Shown here piece by piece: positions 50,354 to 64,000 of a stretch of 64,000 nucleotides of DNA. The position numbers were made by a program, and so were the translations under genes. The notes under the pieces were generated by a model. The model saw only the letters and a list, made by a program, of their open reading frames with translations. It made no database searches and had not been told where the DNA came from. The stretch comes from Antedon mediterranea. Lineage: Eukaryota; Animalia; Echinodermata. Location of the stretch: assembly GCF_964355755.1 (NCBI RefSeq), contig NC_092677.1, positions 23,981,175 through 24,045,174 on the forward strand, in the 5' to 3' direction. How positions within the stretch are numbered: position 1 is the first letter of the stretch; each line of letters opens with the position of its first letter.

Positions 50354-51510
50354 GTACGTCATTTTTAAATTTCAATAAAAATAACTAATAACTCATTTTC
50401 ACCGAGAAAACGTACTGTAGCACACTTGCTGACGTACTGTAAGCGGGCTTCAATTAGTTTGACCGGCCACAATTGAATACTGAAAACCTACAAAACTTTT
50501 TTTAATAATCTTGGGGGCGCTTCTTTTCAACATAGGCTTGATTTCGCGATGGGCTTCTTTTCAAGATTATTTGTGCAGACCAAAAAAGGGGGCTTCTTTT
50601 TTAGATGGGCTTATTTTCGAGGTTTTACAGTAGATCATCTTTCTGTCACTTCTTTCTCATTTGTCTACTTAAAACCAAGCTATGTCAAGTTTCAAGTAAA
50701 CAACAAATGTTTTATTGCTATTTCGAACACTTTCATATTGCTGTACTTACTGTATACAAGGTACAGAAACTGTAAAGTACGGTATAGTGTTTATTCCCCT
50801 ACCTTACCCTTTTTTTGATAAGGACCCATAATAATAATAATAATATTAATAATAATAATAAAAACTTTATTTAATCACGGTAACACTTGTTCACCTCAAT
50901 GGTGTTTTTCGACAAGGCCATAAGACATTATACAAATTTAGCAATTAAACAATTAACAACAAGAGTTTATCTTAATTTACACTTAAATTTATAGAAAGAA
51001 TTATAATTTTACAATAGATTGTAAAAGCCAAATTTTCAAAAAAATAAACATCAAAATGAACAGAGCAAAGTCTGTTTTTTTACTTAAATAATTAAACTTA
51101 ATACTAAAGATATTAAAAACTGAAAATCTTAATTTTTTTAACACATCTACATTAATATTAAATTACAGTAAAACAAATTAGAAATTTTAAAATTTGTAAA
51201 ATCCAAATCATACAAAAGAGTGAACACCAAGATTAATATTAAGAAAGTAATTACTTACAAATAAATGCTCCTGCATATTAACCTATTGAATTGATAAATT
51301 AACCCATAATGAGTACAAAAGAATATCATATCAAATATTGTTCAGTATTTAAAACAGGTCCTGTAAATAAAACAGTCAGACCATCTTCTAAAATGATCTG
51401 CAAAGCCTCACTTGACAGATTGTGTTCTGCAATAAATTCTCTCCTCAGTTTATAACATTTTCTTATCATTGTCTTCTGTACACAGCTGGTGGTCTGGTCA
51501 GTATTGCTAA

Positions 51511-54500
51511 TTAGGTGATCATTTAGAATAAAATGATCACCTATTGTTATTGTACAAAATCTTTATTATTATTGGTTATCCGCACTTGGCGGATAACCTC
51601 TTGTTATTGTCAGGATCTTTTTTTTTTTTTTTTTTTTTTTTTTTCTATGTTATTCTTCTTTCTTTCCCTGAATTTTGTTGGCAGCGTATCTCTAATTCTG
51701 GCAAACAGAAGATTGTGTAACTTTTTCATAAGATTGACCTGTAGCTGTAGATGTGCAGGACGTTTCGTTTTTTGACTTTAGAGTCGCGCAGCGTAAGTTA
51801 CGCGCGATTTTGTGAATTTTGCGTATTTAACATAGATTGAAAACCAAAAAGCAATTTTAATTGAAACTTGGCAAAAGTGTAATTTATATCATGCGCTAAC
51901 TTTCTATGGATTTAAAATGGCACATTTCCAAAAAGTTACGCGCGCACGCGCGTTTAAAATTTCAAAATGCGAAAATTCAATTTCTAATCAACTTTCTACG
52001 CGTTTCAGGTCATTTTGAGCATTTTAAAAATTCCCACGCGTGCGCAATTTTTTTACGCGCGCGTGCGCACGTAGCGCAAAAACATTTTTTTTTTGCTTGA
52101 TTTTTGTTTTTCCTGTCTTTTTTTAGTAAATTTACCAACTTTCAAACAATTTCGACTTAAAATCACGTCATACGAGCACGTAGAATTGAACAATTTGCGC
52201 GCGTTTTTGATGAAAAAGTTCAAAAATTCATAAAAATTATGCCTTTTTTAAAACAGTCATAGATTCTAAACTCCGAGGTGAAAATATTTAAAATTTCAGA
52301 TTCTGGAAGTAGATGAGTTGTTTTTCTCGAATCATGCATTGATATGGCTAACCAGACATTGTGACGTCATCGTATGGCCACCCGAATATAAAATATAGGA
52401 TTTTTTTCTCTTTCGTCATAGCTCGTCAATTTAATAGAGCGCATCTCTACTTATCCTTATTCCATTTCACTCAATTTGTTTATATTGTCTAGATCAATCA
52501 ATTACCTTTCGCATGATCCACCATTTTAAAAATTGTGATGACGTCATCATGTTCAAATGCGTCAATAACTTTGGTCACTTATTTTCACCTATTCTGCACT
52601 GTATGTAGTACGTATACAGTATATAGTGTTATACCGTATATACTTAGACGCGACGCAACATAGAGAGCGCACTAACATTTTTCAATGCCATAATCGTTTT
52701 ATTTTTTTGCGCGCACTATTCTAACGTATGACGTGCACGCGGCTTTTGCACTGCGGATAACCTAACTCGTCCGTAGTGACGAGTTCAAATCTAGTTGGTT
52801 ATCCGCAACGAAGTTGCAGGATAACCTCTTGTGATTGTACGAAATCATCATCATCATCATCATCTTTTTCTTAATCTTCTTTCTTTCTGTATGATTTTTG
52901 TGTAACGCTTTTCTCTAAAACTTGCAAACATAACATTTTGTTAACTATGTTAACATTTTGACATTTATGTAACGTCGTCAAGCGAAGCTTTTCATGATGT
53001 TTACAATTGCGCAACGTGACGTACGCGCGATTTAACGATTTTCTCGTATTTAACATATGTCGAAAACCAAATAACATTTTAAAGTGAAACTTTGCAAAAG
53101 TTTAATTTATATCATGCGCTAAATTTCTGTTGAAAAAAAATTGCGTGTTTTACACAAAGTTACGCGCGCACGCGCATTTAAAATTTCAAAATGCGCAAAA
53201 ATAATTTATAATCAACTTTCTACGCGTTTCATCTCGTTTTAAGCATGTAAAAAATTACCACGCGTGCGCACATTTTTACGTGTGCGGTGTGCACGTAGCA
53301 TTGTAAACGTATTTTTTTCGCGTGATTTATGTTTTTCCAGCTTTTTCTAGTAATTTTACCAAATTTTAAACAATTTCGACTTAAAGATACGTCATACGAG
53401 CACGTCGAATTGGACAATTTGCGCGCGTTTTTTATGAAAAGGTTAAGAAATTCGTTTAAAATATGCCTTTTTTGAAACAGTCGTAATTTCTAAACTAGAC
53501 GGTCAACTTTTTGTGGATGACATATTCTGGAAGTAGATGAGTTGTAGATATCGGATCAGGTATTAATATGGCTAACCGGACATTGTGACGTCATCGTATG
53601 GCCACGCGAATATAAAATTTAGGATTTTTGTATCTTTCGTCATAGCTCATCACATTGAATAGAGCGCATCTCCACTTATTCGTTTTCCATTTTCACCCCG
53701 ATTTTGATATTGTCTAGGTCAATCAACTATCTTTCGCATGAGTTAAAAATATTTTAATTTTTTTGACGTCATCATGCCTAAAAATTTAAATCACGTGTGG
53801 CATCAATTTCATCTTTACAGTAAATTTTAATCTGTTATAGCTCGTAAGAATAAAATGTGATAATCACGATTAAAACTTTTTCTGGAAGCTATTGGATTGT
53901 AGATACGATATTATGTAAAAATTTTGCCAATCGGATGTTGTGACGTCATCATATGGCCAGTTAAATAAAAAAGGTCGTATTTTCATCTTTTGCGTCATAA
54001 TTCATTACATTTAAAAGAGCGCGCATCAATATTTCACGTATTCAAATTTCTTCTACACGCTAATACGTTGTTGCTGAGATAATTTCCTTTCGGAATTGCT
54101 ACCTTCGCGTTTCATTTTAAAACTGTCAACATGTTAAAAATTGCAATAAATAGCGGGTCCCGTAATTTCACCTATTCTACACTGTATGTCACTGTATGTG
54201 ATATGGATACAGATTATACTGTGTATACTATATATGAATTTAAATAATAAAATTCAGCAATAACAACATATCATATTCTTCAGTTCAGGTCATAATGCCA
54301 ACGTGAACACTTCCTTTTGTCCTCAACCTATCCCCTTAATGTTAATGTTGCACCACTTGCGCGGCGGATAACCAAACTCGTCAAAGTGACGAGTTACATG
54401 TCTAGTTAGTTATCCGCATTCAGCGGATAACTCCTTGTAACTGTCCTGTTACTTTTTTTTTTTTTTCTTTCTTTCTCCTCTATTTTTGTGTCTCGCGTAT

Positions 54501-57500
54501 CTCAAAAACGTGTAAACATAACATGTTATAACTTTGTCAGCATGAGGGCATTCAGGTGAAGTTGTGCACCTCCTATTTTTGAATGACGTCAGAGTTGCGC
54601 AACATGACTTACGCGCGTTTTTACGAATTTCGCATTTTTAACATAGATTGAAAACCATATAGCAATTTAAATTGAAACTTAACGAAAGTTTAATTGATAT
54701 CTTGCGCTAACAGAATGTGAAAACAAAATGGCATGTTTCACAGGAAGTTACGCGTGCACACGCGTTTAAAATTTCAAAATGCGAAAAATCAATTTCTAAT
54801 CAACTTTCTACGCGTTTCATGTCATTTTGAGCATGTAAAAAATTCCCACGTACGCGCATTTTTTTACGCGTGCGGTGCGCACGTAGCGTTGAAAACCATT
54901 TTTTTCGCGTGATTTATGTTTTTCCAGCCTTTTCTAGTAATTTTACCAACTTTTGAACAATTTCGACTTAAAATTACGTCATACGGGCACGTCGAATTGG
55001 ATAATTTACGTGCATTTTTGATGAAAAAGTTCAAAAAGTCGTCAAAATTTGTCAAAATTATGCCTTTTTTTAAACAGTCGTAATTTCTAAACTGGACGGT
55101 CAACTTTTTGTGGATGACATATTCTTGAAGATGATGAGGTGTAGATATCGGATCATGTAATAATATGGCTAACCGGACATTGTGACGTCATCGTATGGCC
55201 ACGCGAATATAAAATATAGGATTTTTGTATCTTTCATCATAGCGCATGACATTTAATAGAGCGCATCTCCAATTATCTGTTTTCCATTTTTACCCCGATT
55301 TTTATATTATCTAGGTCAATCAACTATCTTTCGTATGAGTTAAAAATATTTTAATTTTTATGACGTCATCATGTCTAAAAATGTAAATAACGTGGGTCAC
55401 TTATTTTCGTCTTTACAGTAAATTTCAATCTGTTATAGCTCGTCAGAATAAAACGTGATAATCATGATTAAAACGTTTTTTGGAAGCTATTGGATTGTAG
55501 ATACGAATTTATGTAAACATTTTGCCAATCGGATGTTGTGACGTCATCATATGACCAGTTAAATAAAAAAAGTCGTATTTTCATCTTTTGCGTCATAATT
55601 CATCACATTTAAAAGAGCGCGCATCAATATTTTACGTATTTAAATTTCTTCTACACATTAATATGTTGTTGCCGAGATAATTTCCTTCCCAAATCGCTGT
55701 CTTAGTTTTTCATTTTGATACCGTTGCCATGTTAAAAATAGGAATAAACGGGGGGTCCCGTAATTTCACCTATTCTACACTGTATGTAATATGTATACAG
55801 ATTATATTGTATATACTATATGACACAAACTAACAGAATTCAGCAATAACAACATATCATATTCTTCAGTTCAGGTCATAATGCCATAATCTTTTTCTGT
55901 GTGCAATATTCTAACGTATCACGTGCACGTGGCGTTTGTCGTGCGGATAACTAACTCGTCAAAGTGACGAGTTACATGTCTAGTTAGTTATCCGCTTAGT
56001 AGCGGATAACTCCTTGTAACTGTATGAAATCATCTTTTTTTTTTTTTTTTTCTGTATTATTCTTTCTTTCTGTCAATTTTGTGTCTCGCGTATCTCAAAA
56101 ACTTGTAAACAAAACATTTTATAACTTTGTCAACATGTGGGCATCCACGTGAAATTGTGCACCTCCTATTGTGAATGACGTCAAAATTGCGCAACGTGAT
56201 TTACGCGCGTTTTAACGAATTTCGCGTATTTAACATAGATCGAAAACCATAGAGCAATTTAAATTGAAACTTAACAAAAGTTTAATTTATATCTTGCGCT
56301 AACTGACTGTGGAAAAAAAATGGCATGTTTCACACGAAGTTACGCGCGCACGGGCGTTTAAAATTTCAAAATGCGAAAAATCAATTTCTAATCAACTTTC
56401 TACGCGTTTCATGTCATTTTGAGCATGTCAAAAATTCCCACGCGCGCATATATTTTTGCTCGCACGGTGCGCACGTAGCGTTGAAAATAAATTTTTTTCG
56501 CGTGATTCATGTTTTTCCAGCCTTTTCTAGTAATTTTACCAACTTTTGAACAATTTTGACCTAAAATTACGTCATACGGGCACATCCAATTGGATAATTT
56601 CCGTGCGTTTTTGATGAAAAGGTTCAAAAATTTGTCAAAATTCGTCAAAATTTTGCCTTTTTTTAAACATTCATAGATTCTAAACTACGAGGTGAACTTT
56701 TTTTAAATTATATATTCTGGAAGTTGATGAGTTGTAGATATGGAATCATGCATTAATAAAGCTAATCGGACATTATAACGTCATCGTATGGCCACGCGAA
56801 TATAAAATATAGGATTTTTATATCTTTCGTCATAGCGCATCACATTTAATAGAGCGCATCTCCAATTATCTGTTTTCCATTTTTACCCCGATTTTTATAT
56901 TATCTAGGTCAATCAACTATCTTTCGTATGAGTTAAAAATAATTTAATTTTTATGACGTCATCATGTCTAAAAATGTAAATAACGTGGGGCACTTATTTT
57001 CGTCTTTACAGTAAATTTCAATCTGTTATAGCTCGTCAGAATAAAACGTGATAATCATGATTAAAACGTTTTCTGGAAGCTATTGGATTGTAGATACGAA
57101 TTTATGTAAACATTTTCCCAATCGGATGTTGTGACGTCATCATATGACCAGTTAAATAAAAAAAGTCGTATTTTCATCTTTTGCGTCATAATTCATCACA
57201 TTTAAAAGAACGCGCATCAATATTTTACGTATTTAAATTTCTTCTACACATTAATATGTTGTTGCCGAGATAATTTCCTTCCGAAATTGCTATCTTAGTG
57301 TTTCATTTTGATACCGTCGCTATGTTAAAAATTGGAATAAATGGCGGGTCCTGTCATTTCACCTATTCTACACTGTATGTAATATGTATACAGATTATAT
57401 TGTATATATAATATGACACAAAATAACAGAATTCAGCAATAACAACATATCATATTCTTCAGTTCAGGTCATATTGCCATAATCTTTTTCTGTGTGCAAT

Positions 57501-60500
57501 ATTCTAACGTATGACGTCTACGTGGCCTTTGTCGTGCGGATAACTAACTCGTCAAAGTGACGAGTTACATGTCTAGTTGGTTATCCGCAACTTAGTTGCA
57601 GGATAACCCATGTGATTGTAAATATCTTTTTTTTTCATCATCATCTTCTTTGTTCTTCTTTCTTTCCCTGATTTTTGTGAGCAGCATATCCCCTATAGCT
57701 TATGAATATAACTTTTGTATAACTTTGTCATTATATGGGCATTTACCTGAAGTTGTGCACCTCCATATTTTGAATGACGTCAGAGTTGCGCAACGTGACT
57801 TACGCGCGATTTTATGAATTTCAATGATTGATCATAGGATAAAAAATAAAAGTCATTTTGAATTGACACTTAGTGAAAATTTAAGTTATATCAAGGTCAA
57901 ACTTTCTATGGATTAAAAATGGCATGTTTTACAAGAAGTTACGCGCACACGCGCATTTAAAGTTTCAAAATGCGCAAAATAAATTTCTAATCAACTTTCT
58001 ACGCTGATCATGACATTTTAAGCATGTCAAAAATTCCCACGCGCGCGAAAAAGATTACGCGTAAGGTGCGCACGTAGCATGAAAATCATGTGTTTTTTTC
58101 TTGAATTATGATTTTACAGCCTTTCTTAGTCATTTTAAAAAAGATTTACATCATTTCAAATTAAAATGACTTCATACGAGCACGTTGATTTAGACCATTT
58201 GCGCGCGTTTTAGTTGAAAAAGTTACAAATATTGTCAAAATAATGCCAATTTTGAATCTATTATAGCTCCTCAGGATCATCCACGACACCCAATTTTTTT
58301 AATTTAATATGTAAGCAGATATGTTGTAGATATGAATTCATGCAGAATCTTTACCTCTCGGATGTTATGACGGCATCGTATGGCCACACGAATGTAAAAT
58401 ATAGGATTTTTTACTCTTTCGTTATTGCTCATCACATTAAATAGAGCGCATCTCACTTTTACGTGCCCAAAATTCTTCAAATTTGTTTTAATGTAATTAT
58501 TTAGATAATTATCTTTTAAAATTGTTATCTTTATATGTCAATTTGATGACGTCATTGTGTTAATAATTGGATTTAAAAGATGGGTCTCGTAATTTTGTCT
58601 ATGCTACACTGTATATAACATATACAGTGTATTCTGTAAATACTGTAACATGATGTATGCTGCAAAATAGGTACAATTCAGCACTGTAAAGATATTTATT
58701 TCATGTCATAGGATGGCATAATAATTGTCGAGATTCATATAGTTTAAAGTATGTGCATGTTGCGTTTGCGCGGATAACCCGAACTCGTCAAAGTGACGAG
58801 TTCAAATCTAGTATTTATTTCTTTCCTTCCACTTTTCTCTCCCATTTTTTGTGGGCAGCGTATCTCTAATTCTAGCCAACATAAGATTGTATAACTTTGT
58901 CAAAAGATTGCCCTATATCTGTAGATGTGCAAGAAACTTTTTTTTTCAAATTTCGAGTTGCGCAGCGTAAGTTACGCGCGATTTTGTGAATTTCAATGAT
59001 TGATCATAGAATAAAAACTAAAAGTCGTTTTGTATTGAAACTTGGTGAACATTTAAGTCACACAATGCGCAAACTTTCTATGGATTAAAAATGGCATGTT
59101 TTACAAAATATTACGCGCGCACGCGCGTTTAAAATTTCAAAATGCGAAAAATCAATTTCTAATCAACTTTCTACGCGTTTCATGTCATTTTGAGCATTTC
59201 AAAAATTCCCACGCGTGCGCAATTTTTTTACGCGTGCGTGCGCACGTAGTGCAAACACATCATTATTTTGCTTGATTTTTGTTTTTCCTGTCTTTTTTAG
59301 TAAATTTACCAACTTTCAAACAATTTCGACTTAAAATCACATCATACGAGCACGTAGAATTAAACAATTTACGCGCATTTTTGATGAAAAAGTTCAAAAA
59401 TTTGTCAAAATTATGCCTTTTTTATAACAGTCATAGATTCTAAACTACGTGGTGAACTTTTTTAAAATTACATATTCTGAATGTAGATGAGTTGTAGATA
59501 TAGAATCATGCATCGATTTGGCTAATCGGACATTGTGACGTCATCGTATGGCCACACGAATATCAAATATAGGATTTTTGTCTCTTTCGTCATAGCTCAT
59601 CACATTTAATAGAGCGCATCTCCACTTATCCGTATTCCATTTTCCCCCATTTTTATATATTGCCTAGGTCAATCAATTATCTTTCGAATGATTCACCATT
59701 TTTAAAATTGTTATGACGTCATCATGTCCAAAAGCGTCAATAACTTGGGCCACTTATTTCCACCTATTCTTCACTGTATGTAGTACGTATACAATATATA
59801 GTGTAAACCGTATATACTTAGACGTGGCGAAAAATAGAGAGCGCACTAACATTTTTTCAATGGTATAATCGTTTTTCTGCGCGCACTATTCTAACGTATG
59901 ACGTGCACTTGGCTTTTGCGCTGCGGATAACCTAACTCGTCCGTAGTGACGAGTTCAAATCTAGTTGGTTATCCGCAACTTAGTTGCGGATAACCCATGT
60001 GATTGTAAATATCTTTTTTTTTCATCATCATCTTCTTTGTTCTTCTTTCTTTCCCTGATTTTTGTGAGCAGCATATCCCCTATTGCTTGTAAATATATCT
60101 TTTGTATAACTTTGTCATTACATGGACATTTACCTGAAGTTGTGCACCTCCATATTTTGAATGACGTCAGAGTTGCGCAACGTGACTTACGCGCGATTTT
60201 ATGAATTTCAAGGATTGATTATAGGATAAAAAATAAAAGTCATTTTGTATTGAAATTTGGTGAATATTTAAGTCATATCAAAGGCAAACTTTCTATGGAT
60301 TAAAAATGGCATGTTTCACAAAAAATTACGCGCGCACGCGCATTTAAAATTTCAAAATGCGCAAAATTAATTTCTAATCAACTTTCTACGCTGATCATGA
60401 CATTTTGAGCATGTCAAAAATTCCCACGCGCGCGAAAAAAATTACGCGTAAGGTGCGCACGGAGCATAAAAATCATGTGTTTTTCTCTTGAATTATAATT

Positions 60501-62700
60501 TTACAGCCTTTCCTAGTCATTTTAAAAAAGATTGACATCATTTCAAATTAAAATGACGTCATACAAACACGTTGATTTAGACAATTTGCGCGCAATTTAG
60601 TTGCAAAAGTGACAAAATATTGTCAAAATTATGCCTATTTTTAATCTATTATAGCTCCTCAGGATCATCCATGACCCCCATTTTTTTTAATTTGATATGT
60701 AAGCAGATTTGTTGTAGATATGAATTCATGCAGAATATTTACCCCTCGGATGTTATGACGTCATCGTATGGCCACACGAATGTAAAATATAGGATTTTTT
60801 ACTCTTTCGTTATTGCTCATCAGATTAAATAGAGCGCATCTCACTTTTACGTGCCCAAAATTCTTCAAATTTGTTTTAATGTAATTATTTAGATAATTAT
60901 CTTCTAAAATTGTTATCTTTATATGTCAATTTGATGACGTCATCGTGTTAATAATTGGATTTAAAAGATGGGTCTCGTAATTTTGTCTATGCTACACTGT
61001 ATATAACATAATACAGTTTATTCTGTAAAATACTGTAATATGATGTATGCTATATAATAGGTACAATTCAGCACTGTAAACATATGTATTTCATGTCATA
61101 GGATGGCATAATAATTCTTCAGTTCAGGTCATTAAGCCATAATCATTTTCGGTGTGCAATATTCCAACGTATAACGTGCACGCAAAAATTACGCGAGTAC
61201 ACGTATTTAAAATTTCTAAATGCGCAACATTAATTTCTAATCAATTTCACGTACATTTCAGGCCATTTTTAGCACTTCAAAATTTTCAATTTTTTGTGCA
61301 CGCACCTGGATACTGGTTGGGTAGGTTTGGCCAGTATGCGTACCTTTTTATGGCCAGCGGGCGTCCCGAAATTGCGCAATATGACCAGCGGGCGTCCAAT
61401 TATTGCACAATATTTGTTCAATGGCAGCGTCCGCTCCGTGCGTGTGAAACACGTACAATGCGACAGATGGCGCTATATACATAATTAATTATAATAATAC
61501 AGAATTTGCAATTAGGGCAAGCCTGAACTGAGGCCTCTAAAATCCAATCTATCTGTTCAGAGCAGGCTAGCCTAAGTTAAACTGATTTAGTAAATTATAC
61601 TACTGTATTTTAGGGCCTAATTAATAACAATAATTATTAATAGTTTTAACTATTATAATGTCAATCAAAAAACATTTTAAATGAAAGTTCACATTATTTA
61701 ATATTTGTTTTCTGATAAATAATAATAGTACGTGGCCGGCCGGCCGGCATCTCGCGCGGAAAATGTAAATATACATATATATATATATGTCGCATTGTAC
61801 GTATTTTTCACACGCATTGCATTGAAAACATATTGCGCAATAATTGGACGCCCGCTGGCCATATTGCGCAATATCCGGGACGCCCGCTGGCCATAAAAAG
61901 GTACGCATACTGGCCAAACCTACCCAACCCTGTAGCGCACCTGTGCGCACAGCTCGTACAAAGCGCAGAAAAGTGTTTATTGAAATTGATTCTTGTTTTC
62001 CATACCTTCTTTAGTAGATTTCATTCATTTTTATCAACTAATGGCAAAATAACGATGCACGTGCACGTTAAACTTTAATAATCGTGTGCTAAAAATATAC
62101 CTATTTTTAATGGGCACCCATTTTTTTAATGGATTATGGAAGCTAATGAGTTGAATACATCTATTCATGTACAATTTGCACCTACAGGATGTTCTGACGT
62201 CATCATATAGCCACTCGAATTAAAAAAATAGAATTTTTCTCTTTTATACTAGTTAATCCAATTTAATAATTTAATATGAATTTATATAAAAATGTTGCCT
62301 ATCGGATGTCGTGATGTCATCATATGGTCAGTTGAATTCAAAATGTCTGATTTTATCTCTTTTGTGTGTAGCGTTTAAAAGAGCGCACATTTCACTTTTA
62401 CATTCCCCAATTTTTTTTTTTATTAAAAATTATCTTCTAAAATTGTTACCTTCATGTTTCATTTTGATTACGTCATCATGTTAAAAATTGGAATAAAAGA
62501 TGGGTCTCGTAATTTCTCCTTTGCCATACTATCTTTGGCTGCACTGTAGTGGTTATGCCATCCTATTACTGTACATGAAGTGAAAGTTTACAGTGATGAA
62601 TTGTGTCTATTTGGTATAATACAGTTTGCAGTATTTTTATAGAATACATGTTGGTCCCGTAAGTTTAGGTATGCTGCACTCTATATATTTTACTATGAAA
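51511..62700 (+). mobile_element. Head-to-tail/nested array of Helentron-derived non-autonomous elements (unit junctions at ~52796, 54407, 55985, 57578, 58812, 59966)
   Basis: Unit layout: (G/A)GTTATCCGC..GCGGATAAC 5' subTIR/IR, T-rich tract, 1.2-1.6 kb homologous body, GCGGATAAC + hairpin AACTCGTC..GACGAGTT + CTAGT(T); the unit after 58812 lacks its 5' end and the last unit lacks its 3' end. Confidence 0.85.
61309..61936. mobile_element. Long-TIR (~180 bp) MITE with 7-8-bp TSD
   Basis: ggttgggtaggtttggccagtatgcgtacc... mirrored at the other end; flanks (c)gcacctg on both sides. Confidence 0.8.
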
Positions 62701-63738
62701 AAAAAAATTGTTAAATTCAGGACTGACTTTGAATGTAAAATTAGGATTCAAAAATTGCGCGCTTGCCAATGCTCTATATTAAATAAATGATACGAGTTAT
62801 ATCATTTTGTTTTCCAAAACAAGAATAACAACTTTTCTGCTCTGTGTTTTTATCTAACTAAGGAAGTACTGACAAAAGCAATGAGATATGATTGGATACA
62901 ATATATATATATTTTTAAAAAGCTCACTTTACATTTTACGTACAATAATGTAAATGTAGTATTATTGAAAGTTGGACACATTTAGCAATAATTATAGTTT
63001 ATATATATTCTGATCAGGACTTTTAGCTTAGTTCGTCGCCATGGATTCATTAGACACATATTTATTGATGCATCAATACGTGACGAATCTCAATTTAAAA
63101 TTATCTGAAATTAAATCTCTAATCAACTACATTACGATAGGCCTATTAATCTTATATAAATAACTGAATGCCTTGCATCGTGTAAAAGAGCGAATGACTG
63201 CATTAATGGATGTCTTAAAAGTTGGATACCATTTTGCTTGAAGAGATAAAAACTTTCGATTGAACACCTACAAGGAAAAAAAAACTCTAGACAATATTCA
63301 AATTGCAGAACAATATTCATAGTATGAGAGATGAGAGATAATAGTATAGGCCCATGATTCGTAAATAAAGATAGAAATTTATTTAACTCACCTGATAATG
63401 TTTCTCCAGTACGAGATAATGACATGAGGTTTAAAGTTCCCCGCCTGTCATTCACAGGGAGACATACTAATGTATGTCTTTATTCTCTTTTTTTTCCAAG
63501 TTTTTACAGTTATATTTTAAGTTCGTATTAAGTAAGTTCTTTTACGTAAGGTCTTTTATAAAACATGTTTTTTTTTAGTTTCACTTTCATGTGGATTAAC
63601 TATATATTAATATATTTTTATATTTGTCTTTACCAGGATTGCACATGTAGTGATAAAACCGTATACAGTATACTCCATTAATATAATATTCTTAAAACAA
63701 CAATAAACATAAGCTGAAAAAAATGTAAAATATTGCAA

Positions 63739-64000
63739 TTAAAATTTAATTTGAATGGCTTCATGATAGCTATAATAAATTGGAATTACTTCAGCCTGTA
63801 CTGAATCAAGACCTTTGCTATAGACATGATCAATCAATGTATTATTTTCAGTTGTAGAACTTGTGACATGTTGTTGGTACCCATTCTCTAACATTAATGT
63901 TTTCACTTTGGAAGGTTGTTTGAAAAGATTTTCATTGAAATCACCCATTATGATACATTTAGTACATACTTTATGTATCTCTTTCAATAATTTGCTCAAA
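63739..64000 (-). mobile_element. C-terminal APE (EEP) endonuclease of a probable Helentron Rep/Hel/EN polyprotein (runs off the window)
   Basis: IIMGDFNENL...YQQHVTSSTTENNTLIDHVY...YYSYHEAI followed directly by a stop; APE at the C-terminus fits Helentrons, not LINE ORF2. Confidence 0.75.

Noticed and set aside
51533-62078. Many 60-110 aa ORFs as a tandem gene family
   Set aside because: They recur only because the underlying TE units repeat; frames are not conserved between units.

Overview
AT-rich, intron-containing animal genomic DNA, probably from a marine invertebrate deuterostome (inferred from gene and transposon content). Left to right: (1) the 3' end of a TRAF7-like WD40 gene with two 149-nt homologous exons that appear mutually exclusive; (2) a 703-aa cGAS-like receptor (Mab21/cGLR) with an uninterrupted ORF, an intact catalytic triad and a helical C-terminal extension, plus a decayed copy of its 3' end ~11 kb downstream; (3) a pseudogenised secreted PAN + 3x Link-module gene; (4) two tandem, intact 10-exon mitochondrial-clan CYP27-like P450 genes on the minus strand that share a promoter motif, plus an orphan terminal exon; (5) the first coding exon of a plexus/GSE1-like six-Cys-repeat protein. 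The remainder is dense in transposons: nested hAT/Harbinger/MITE elements, Kolobok-type TTAA elements, P-like elements and 17-22-bp palindromes with 7-bp TSDs, LINE RT fragments, minisatellites, and a ~10-kb head-to-tail array of Helentron-derived non-autonomous elements beside the APE-endonuclease end of a probable autonomous Helentron. Coordinates were read manually; no database searches were run.
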